Source: Gnetum montanum
Taxonomy: Eukaryota > Plantae > Gnetophyta
Assembly (NCBI GenBank): GCA_015680685.1
Contig: MNCI01002495.1
Coordinates: 181,961-245,960 of the forward strand
Direction of reading: 5' to 3'
Length of the DNA: 64,000 nt
Part shown: positions 51,830 to 61,120 of the stretch, piece by piece
Layout: each line of letters begins with the position of its first letter
Numbering within the stretch: the first letter of the stretch is position 1
Made by a program: the position numbers and the translations under genes
The notes under the pieces: generated by a model
Seen by the model: only the letters and a program-made list of their open reading frames with translations
Told to the model about the DNA's origin: nothing
The model's database searches: none

Positions 51830-54067
51830 CACCAAGGTTTGGTCATTAGTGATCAAGCCCTGATCACCAATCCTATACCTGCAAGAAATTCATAAAATCG
51901 ATGAAGTTAGGAAAGGTAGTTTAGTAAATAAAGTCAAAAACATAGAAACACTATAACAACCATGCTTTTCCATGTAGGCAATACATAGTGCTAGGCAAGT
52001 TTTGGAACAATGTGTGGATCCTATGAGACATCATTAGAGTATTGTCAACATTATACTAGCTATACTCTGGCATAGTCTAGGTCTTTGTGAGGAAGCATGG
52101 GCTAATCTTGTTTGTTGCTCCCCCTACTATGTTAGAAGGTGGATTGTTAGTTATAAACCTAGCAATCAAGCTAGATGCTCAAGGAATTAGGGTCTCCACT
52201 ATGACCTTGGCCACATCCACAGACAAGTGTGACCACACCATCACACTAAAATTCTTTAGGATGTAGGAAAGGAATTCCCTTGTTCCTAGCCAAAACCACA
52301 ATGAGACCTTGTCGAAGGTCATGTTAGGTAAAGGGGTACTAGCCTTAGGGTGGCCAATGTAGCATAGAATGCCCACCAACTCAATGATAATGAGTATGGG
52401 CTTCAAAAAGACCCTACATGAAAAAGAACAAAACATTATGACCTATCAAAATTTCTTAACAAGTTTGTAAAAACATCCTAGTCAAGGGTGAAATTAGCTC
52501 TTGTAAAAAGCTCTAAGGTATTTACTCAAATTTGCTTAAGAAATTCATGACAACATAATTACAACCCTCTATAGCCTCATACATTATAGCAAAAGTGTTA
52601 TAGCCTAAATAACATATCAATTGACACATAGCCAAATTTGGAATCTAAATAATAATAGTTAGCATAAACATTGCCGAAAATAGAAAATATTATTGATAGC
52701 CTTCAAAACCAAACTTAGAACATCACAAACATTTCAGGACATCACCAAAGGCATCGATGTTGATTAGAGTAATATCTAAGCATGTTAACCACATCCATAT
52801 CCAAAGAGATAAAGTGTTAGAACCAAAATTTAGCCTTATTGATACAACCATAATAAAAAATTCATTTGAGGTTTAATTTCAATGATTCCACCATGGAAGG
52901 AATTCTGAAATCATGAGCCTTTCAGCCACGACCACTACAATTAAGAAACACATGACCATTTTTTGCATAAAACATAACCAAAATTATCAAAACCGTAGTT
53001 GTCAACCTTAACACCCTTTTTGTGTAGGGTTGGGAGAAAATTCACCAAAAAGTTTTTTGAGATCTAAACTAAGTGATTGAAAAATTGAATCAAGCTCTAT
53101 GTACCCATGCTTAAAAAAATTCAAATCCCTTTCCATTTGTTTAAAAAAAGTTCATTAATTTGGATGAAAATCTAAAAATGACACAAACCCCCTTTTGACA
53201 CAAGTTTAATGAAAATTCATTTAAAATTTGTTTCTAATCCAAACGAAGTGATTCTATCTTTGTTGGATAGTTGAAGCCAAGAACCACCTAGAATAACCAA
53301 AAAACAGCCCAAAACCCTATTGTTTGCTTAGAAAAAATTTCATGAATTTACATGGAATTTTGAAAAATAGCATAAAAAACCTAACTGCATGACCTTACGA
53401 AAATAGTCATAACTTCATCATTATTATTCCAAATTGAATGAAATAATAGCCATTGGAAAGCTTAAACATAGGTCTACAAACGCATAACATTAAATTTTAA
53501 AATATTCAGTAGTTTTCTTAGAAAAAAACACACAACATTTCTTGCTTTGTTTTCATGCAAAAAATCACAAAAAGCTTATAATCCATAAAACCTAACTTAA
53601 CATAGCCATGAAAAATGAATAGAATAGCCAAAAAAAGTATGCCCATTTGGAAAAACATCAAAATAAGGGGTATGATTTCAGTAGAATTAAATTTTGATGA
53701 AAATTTAAGCCTAGATTTAAGGAAAATGATCCTATCCTCAAATTTATGGAAAAAAGCATGAAAGCAATAAGCTTAATTTTAAAAATTAAATCTATCAAGG
53801 CCAAAACAATGAAAAAACCATAGATCTACATAGAAATAGTCAAAATAAGAGGTAGGATTTGATCAAAATTTTGGTTTACCCCCTCTATGATTGTAGATCT
53901 AAAGAAAACAATCCCACACATGGCATGAAAAACAAGAAAAATAGCTAGAAACCAAAGTAAGAATGGTTAGAACTATCTACCTTGGGGTAGCCATAGATGA
54001 AGCTTGGATTGAGATGGATCTAGGTAGACCTAACAGGTTCCTTCCATGCTCATCTACCTTTTGAATT

Positions 54068-54511
54068 TGTTGGCGACCGTTTGGGATGTGACCGCCAACG
54101 AGTGTCCTCGAACAGGATTTAGGTGCTTGCTGGTCTCTCGCAACACCAAGGCCCAAATACCTCCAAATAGACTCAGTAGTTAATGTGAGTATGTGTGTGT
54201 GCTGTTGTGGTATGCGGTTGTGAAAAATGAAACGATTGGGTTGTGTAAAACTATAAATGACTTATTTTAAAGAGATTCAGCCAACTTTGCCAAGTACTGT
54301 GAGTTATTGAGAGTTCTTATTCTGTTCAATTGCCTAGTCTACGCGGTCCTTATAATACCTACTTGTAACAAATAAAATTTTGTAAAAACATTTGAGCATA
54401 ACTCCACAAATCTAGTTCTAATTTTCCCCAGAGAAAGAGATAGTTCCACAAGAAAACTAGAAATAGAGCAAGATTCGATGGAAATAGACAGAAAAGAAAG
54501 CAGATTTGTGT
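54068..54511. mobile_element. Possible LTR fragment running into an assembly gap
   Basis: Abrupt switch to CpG-retaining sequence starting TGTTGGCG with a small hairpin (GTTGGCG/CGCCAAC). No partner LTR visible. Confidence 0.25.
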
Positions 54512-54844
54512 NNNNNNNNNNNNNNNNNNNNNNNNNNNNNNNNNNNNNNNNNNNNNNNNNNNNNNNNNNNNNNNNNNNNNNNNNNNNNNNNNNNNNNNNN
54601 NNNNNNNNNNNNNNNNNNNNNNNNNNNNNNNNNNNNNNNNNNNNNNNNNNNNNNNNNNNNNNNNNNNNNNNNNNNNNNNNNNNNNNNNNNNNNNNNNNNN
54701 NNNNNNNNNNNNNNNNNNNNNNNNNNNNNNNNNNNNNNNNNNNNNNNNNNNNNNNNNNNNNNNNNNNNNNNNNNNNNNNNNNNNNNNNNNNNNNNNNNNN
54801 NNNNNNNNNNNNNNNNNNNNNNNNNNNNNNNNNNNNNNNNNNNN

Positions 54845-55602
54845 ATGTCAAATGTAGCTGCAACCACTTGTTTTAAAATAATAAGAGAAAATCAAGGAAG
54901 AAGGGATGGAAAAACATAAGACAAAACCGTCGTAAGCTCTACATCAACGATACCCTGAGTTTCAGCTATTTTAAGAAAGGTCCCCTTAACTATAACACAG
55001 AAAAATTAAATTAAAATTAATTAATTTAGATATGCATAATGTTACATATACATATTGCATTGAGAAAAAGAAAAAAGATATTTTTGGGACATTTTCAGGA
55101 TATTTGTGTTAGTATCCATTTTATTACTTTCACAAGAATTACTAGGGCTTAATGACTTTAGTCCTAAATAAAATAATTAAAATAAATTAAGAGATCTTGG
55201 ATTTATTTTTAAAAAATTATTATTAGGCTATTGCTTATAAAAGCAATATTTGTAATATTTACACATGCCAATGTTAGCATGATTTTCTCCTAACTTTATG
55301 TATAAGTTGCAACTTCCTAACTTATTGGGCAAGTAATCTACTAACTTGTTGGGCAAGTAAGATCTCCTAACTTGTTGGGCAAGTTATAACTTCCTTACTT
55401 GAGAGAGAAGTTAGCTAAGATATTTTGAAATATGTAACTACCTTTTGAACCCTATAAAAAGGCTTCAGGGGTAAGAANTCTTAAAATAGCTGAAACTCAG
55501 GGTATCGTTGATGTAGAGCTTACGACGGTTTTGTCCTATGTTTTTCCATCCCTTCTTCCTTGATTTTCTCTTAAAACAAGTGGTTGCAGCTGCATTTGAC
55601 AT
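54845..55602. repeat. ~125-130-bp inverted repeat (54845-54976 / 55479-55602) around a 500-bp LTR-like spacer
   Basis: Arms are reverse complements with 2 substitutions and an 8-bp indel; each arm starts next to an N. The spacer has CTAACTTGTTGGGCAAGT repeats (55286-55400) and CCTATAAAAAGG. Confidence 0.8.
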
Positions 55603-56404
55603 CTGGAACAATGCTATCTCCATTTTTTTCTAATAGCACCATCGAAATAGTAGGCATCGGCAATGGCATTGACTCTGGTTTGTTTTAACCAAAGGAGGTA
55701 ACATGTTGATGATACCTTCATCTTGGCGGACAAACATTTAACGCAATTCTAGCATCCACCAGAATCATCCATTACCTTGCCCACATGTACGTTCAGTTTC
55801 TAGCTCACCTTTTTATTCGTATACGTATTCTTGAATTGCTATTTAAATTATGCGTGACGGAAATATCCAAGAAAGCGACAACAAACAAGAACAGATCGAT
55901 AATGTGGGCTTTTCTAGTGGTTACTGATCTCGTAGAGGATTCTGAACTCTGCTGTCTGCACCACGCATCTGTCCACTAATCTCAAGCATGTCTCTCAAAG
56001 TTCTGAGACAAGCACATCATTTTCATGACGATGATTTTGCGCGGTGGCGTCGACGCTTGAAACAACGTCGCCAGGTCGCTAGGATGAAGCAGGTCGTCCA
56101 CATTCATGACTGGTGCAAATAGAACCTCCCTTGCACATAGATGCCAGGCCCAGGTGAGTGGCTCCACACCATAGAAATCACCCTGCTTGAGTAGGCCATG
56201 GTTGAAGAAGACGATTGCTATTGCTGAGGAGGGGCTGAGGCCTCCGCCCACTTGCTGCTGCGCATTTCCATACACGAACTTAGACAACCCCCAAATCGTC
56301 GGCTTCACGCATCATTTACAGACTCTCTGTGGCCACTCCCTAATCCTCAAGAGCTCTAGCTTCGCGGCAACAAGCAGAAGTAACCAAACGTAGACAAAAG
56401 ACAT
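55603..56404 (-). pseudogene. Possible highly decayed PPR-like gene remnant
   Basis: CpG-retaining non-TE sequence. Fragments such as FFNHGLLKQGDFYGVEP, KLNVHVG and VNAIADAYYFDGAI loosely echo PLS-PPR motifs. Stops and frame changes; weak. Confidence 0.25.
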
Positions 56405-57299
56405 GAAAAAACACAGAGCGGAGGAATAAATTTGGATCTATCTGCAACGATTTGCATAGGCAGGCAAGACAATAACCCTAAGTCCTCTGATTTATAGCTG
56501 CCTCCACAGTGCCAGCACTAGCCCTGAGTGCTTGCGATGGTCTTTGGCTGCCAATTTTTTGGAGAAAATAGAACGAAAAATTCACAGGCTTGTTTAGCTT
56601 TAGAGCTTTCATGAACAAAAAATGCTGGCCACAAAATTTTAGACGATTTACAAGAGAAATAACTTCACCCGACACTAGACTGTTGAATTGGTGTTGCTTC
56701 AAAGATATGCTTTCCCAAAATGAAATGGATACAACACCAATTTGACTCGAGATGCTCTTTGATTTGGTACAGATTTATATCATATAAATGATAAATTGAA
56801 CTTCATTCATAATAATGCTAGACTTTGGTTATGGAAAGTAGGCATTGTGATTATCAGGATATTCATCCGTAAAGCCCAGTGTATCATAATATATTTATAT
56901 ATCTATATTTCTGCCCTATAAAATGCAATGCTCAAAGATTTATAAGCTTACTATAGGAATGGAAAAGAATGCTGTTGTTAACTTATTCTTTTCCTCTCAA
57001 ACTAAAATTTTTGCCACTTTTCAAAAAACTCTTAACCAATTTAACCCTGCCAACTTGTTCCATGAAATGGCCAAAATGTACCAACAGAATTCATGGATTT
57101 TTGTTCTTCCCTCCACACTGCTTGGGCACCATGATTGGATCAACATTGAGAATTGATGAATTTTTGGAAGATTGAAGGTTCAACGCTGGCTGCAAGGAAG
57201 ATTAGATGTTTCCATGTTGAAGATTGATTATGTATACAACCAAAAATCTCTTTTTGAGCTCTCTTTCAATGTGCTATCTATGTGAAGTAAAATTGTGAT

Positions 57300-60200
57300 T
57301 GAAACTTGCAAAAATTTGACATTAAAAACTCCATTAAAACCTAAACGGCCACCTCTCAACCACAGTTGCTAATTTAGTGCATCATAACTCCAAGTGCACT
57401 AAAGTCCAAGGGGGGTGGGGGAGCCTTCTCCATGCTAGGATTGGTGGTAGTTAAGTTCAAAATTCAAATTTTAATAATTTTAAATAGTGGACCCCACCAT
57501 ATGACTTCGCTCTTAGCATTAAAATTACATCAATGTTGCTTTTTAACCACTTGAACACATAAAGCCATAACCAAACCTTAATTGTTATGCATCCACACTG
57601 GGGATATTATGCCTAGCATGGATACATGCCTCCCACTTCATAAAACCATTAAAACATGACCTTTTTATTATTTTTAGTAGCTAAAACCTACCTTTTTCAA
57701 CCCTAGGCTCCCAAAAGGGGTTAGACATGGACAAAACTAGATAACTCATGTTTCCACATTGGGGAAACGCTATGCAACATGGAAGAAATGGAGGTAACAT
57801 CCATTCTTACCCCTCAACACCCATCTAGTCCAAGTTTGGCCTTTGAAGTGGACCCACATGATCTAAAACCCCTCCAAGCACCCCTAGTAGCCCCAAAACC
57901 TCATGAAACCTAGTCGAAAGTGGTCGAAACCTTGGGATTTTGTGGTTACATTTTTGGGGAGGCCTCATCTATTCTAAGCATCTAAGCCTTAGCGTGGATG
58001 GATGGATGACCAAAATCACCTAAATTGACTACCTAGTAGCCATGTTTCAAAGTCTAGTACCCCCTCATAGCCTCTAGTAGCCTAGATTGACCTTAGAACA
58101 AGTCAATTTTTAATTCATGGCTAGTTCTATGCTAGTGAACCACCCCTCCATGCTACCTAGCATGGAAACCTAGGGGGTATGCAAGAAAATCTCATTCATA
58201 ACCTAAAATAGCCAAATATACTACTTTAGTAACCCCAAGACCCTGCTAGAACCCTTTAGAGCTTTCAAATGATCTAAAAGTAGTTAAAATGGCACAAAAC
58301 TATCATCCCCCTTTCATCCATGTTAGGGCCATTGTGTGTAGTTTGGAAGAAGGAGGGATGATTGCATGGGGTACCTAGGAGCCTCTAAATTTATGAATCT
58401 TAACACCAAGTGTTAATCGTTGATATTGGTAACCTTGGGGGCTCACATGTATGGTCGATTGGTTTTTGAATTAGCCTATATTTGACATTCTTAGCTCCTC
58501 CACACTAGGGGAGGCCTCTTCCATGTTGCCCAACATGGAAAAAATGTGGATGAAGCTAATAAAGTTAGTGAGGGATCCCTAATGCAAGAAAAAAACATCA
58601 AGATGTCTTGTACTAATACTAGAACCTTAACAGCCTCTTTGAAAGCCACTAGAATGTTAAAAATCAATAAAAATCAACCCCCTATAATTCTTCCATGCTG
58701 GAGAGGACCTCATCCACACTAATCATCCTAGTCTTGGCATGGACAAAAAGGGGGAAGCCAATACTATTAAAGTTTGCATGAAGTGTGATTTCTAGAAGTA
58801 GCCCAACCCTTCCACAAGCCATCAGACTTTCAGAAGTTACCTAAATAGCTTAAACTTGCCTTCCCCTTGGATTCTCCTCACTGAGAAGATTGCCATTCAT
58901 ACTGATCATCCTATCCCTAGGATGCATGAAAGGGGGAAGCCTAAAATCCCTCCTATGATCCTCAAAATGGCCAAATATCAACCTGAAGCATTAATAATCA
59001 ACACCAACAACCTTGTGGACACACATGAATAGCCAAAATTGACAAGAAATAGTAAAAAAGTAGAGTCTATTGGTGCTTCCATGCTAGCTAGCATGGAAGT
59101 AGGGGGAAACTTCAAAATAGCCTTTCGATACCCTAATCAAGCACCAAAAGGCCTTGTGTGTGTCATAGAACCTTGATTGTACATCCTAGAACACTCAAAT
59201 GCCTCAAAATTGATCATGGATAGCTAAAACGTTGGCTCCCATAATTTTTCATGTTGATCATAGGAATCTAGTGTGGAAGAAAAGGAGAAAGCAAAAAAAA
59301 AAAAAACCACTTAATAGCCATTAAAATGATCAAATTTCGACACTATGCAGTAGTAGTTGATACTAGCAACTTTGGAGACCCACATGCATGACCAGAAATG
59401 ATAAAAATAGTAAAAAACATAGTCCCTCAGTGTTTCCACACTAGTAGCCACCTCTTCTACATTGATCAACATGGAAGAAAGGGGAAAAGCCCAAAAGGCC
59501 ATCTAGCAAGCCTCCAAATTGACTAGTTTTGACCTTAGACCCTACCTCTTGACGTTGGTAACACTAGGAGCACACATGCATGGTTGATTAAGGAAAAAAT
59601 TAGTATAGATCTAATATTCATGGTTCTTCCATGCTAAGGACCCCCTCTTCCATGCTACCCAATGTAGAGATTGAAGGGGGGATGTTGCGACCAACAACCT
59701 AAATTGTTAGAACAAAAACTTAGGATCCTTGGTGCAAGTAGTTCCCCAACCTTGAATTCCCAGGGCCTTCATGATAAAAATTGGATTTGAGGCACCCTAA
59801 CTGATCTAGCAAATTAAGTAGGGACTTTAGGAGATGCAAAACATGGAAATATGAATAGATCCAAATAATGCACAAATAATAAAATTCTTTTTTAAATAAA
59901 AAACTTAAAACTTAAAACCTTATTAAGAAAAGAATAAAGAATAAGTTAGAGAAATGTGTACAAATGGTGCTTGGATGAGAAAGGAGGGGGTTCACTTGTT
60001 CAACAAAGCCCATTGAAGCTGAGGTGATTTGCTTCATGATCCAAGTGCTAAGACACTCTTGATGTTCTTGAATCTTCCTTTGCTACTACAACTTTGGATT
60101 TTCCAGTTGGGTCACTATTGGGGAGATGAGAAAGTTGGAATATTTGGATGCCAAGTTTCTCCACACTGGGTTTAGAATTCAAGAAGTGCATTGTTAACAC

Positions 60201-61118
60201 CAAAAATCCACCAAATCTTAAGGCCTCTCTACTTCCATGTTGGGGTTTAAGAAAATGCAAGTATGGAAACTTGGAGGAGCTCTTGAGTGCTTGAAAATAC
60301 CCCAAGTGTGGAGTTGTGTGTACGCAAATTTCTTAACCTTGTTGAACTACCAAAGTGCTTATATGTCAAAAATTTCTCAATGAGAGAAAAATTCCTCAAA
60401 CCTCTAAATAGTGTTTGAGGTTGGCTTTTATAGGGTATTTGGCCCATGAATGGGGTTGCAAATTGGCTATGATTTGACTATAAAATGGCTACAAACTGGC
60501 TACAAGATGGCTACAAAGTTTTTGCAAGTTTAGGTGAGATAGATGCCAAAATTTGGGGGTTTACTATACATAGTGAGTGCTTCCCCTCATGGCCCTTCCG
60601 TTTACTATAAATGGTAACCAAAGCACACCTTCCACACTGGAGATGAATCTTCCATGCTAAGGTCTCTACCATGCTTATTGAAGTGGCTGGTCAATGTTGA
60701 AGTGCATGAATGAATGAATTTTTCTTCTTGTGGCTTCCATGCTAGGAGATTGAATTTTCCACATTGAGGGGAAAACTTTCTANGGTGAGGAGGAAACTAT
60801 CCAAATTATGCATTTGGTCTCCACATTGAAGGGGAAAAAGTCTCCAAATTCCCTCACCTTTCCATGCTAGGAGTAGGTGAGATCTACCTCCTGTAGGTGT
60901 TTCCAGCGTAGACAAATGTATACCCTACATAAAGCCCATCAAATTGCTATTTTTGGCATTTCAAAAAACATTTTTGGCCATCCCAAGCCCAAATATAGAT
61001 ACTAGATGACTTTTTTCACTTTGGGAATAAGTCTTTAACCACTTATGAGGCATTTTTAGCCCTAAAAGTATAAAGTATGTGAAATTTCCCATTGTGGATT
61101 ACATTTTTCATATTTACA
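57300..61118 (-). mobile_element. Second Tat/Ogre-like copy (C2): LTR ~60121-61118, decayed tRNA-Arg-like PBS, leader with tandem array; no coding region
   Basis: Reverse complement aligns with 37500-38705. After ...CTCCCCA A comes TAGTGACCCAACTGGAAA, 12/18 to the Ogre-type PBS TGGCGACTCCACTGGGGA. Left end approximate. Confidence 0.7.
57429..59670. repeat. Degenerate tandem array of ~13 units, mean period ~183 bp, each with a TCCAYRCT...AGYRTGGA hairpin
   Basis: Hairpin starts at about 57429, 57592, 57752, 57947, 58147, 58317, 58499, 58691, 58875, 59076, 59248, 59434 and 59627. Perfect 24-bp palindrome CTTCCATGCTAGCTAGCATGGAAG at 59076-59099. Confidence 0.75.
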
Positions 61119-61120
61119 AT

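Larger units (their letters stand above)
37500..54050 (+). mobile_element. Tat/Ogre-like Ty3/gypsy element (copy C1): LTR ~37500-38393, long leader, gag-protease, no RT/RH/INT, antisense multi-exon ORF; right boundary uncertain
   Basis: Starts TGTAAAT; 37500-38705 is homologous to 59745-61118 (inverted). Gag FPIPWFSKYNGEGGPNAHL, knuckle FCHYHQLPCHDTESCLTLKDDL*KMIDRG (~41390) and protease VHVNDGVASNIIP...FNLILGRP*L are all Tat/Ogre-style. Confidence 0.7.

Noticed and set aside
54339-54919. ORFs spanning N runs (also 23112-23648, 37336-37827, 62022-62307)
   Set aside because: Their length is an artefact of assembly gaps.
57429-59670. CRISPR array (regularly spaced palindromes)
   Set aside because: Eukaryotic retroelement context, degenerate repeats, ~150-bp mutually related spacers and no cas genes.
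37500-61118. Giant Mutator-like element with ~1.2-kb TIRs
   Set aside because: The arms are quite diverged, start with TG, are followed by a PBS-like site and (in C1) by gag, and no 9-11-bp TSD or MuDR transposase is seen.
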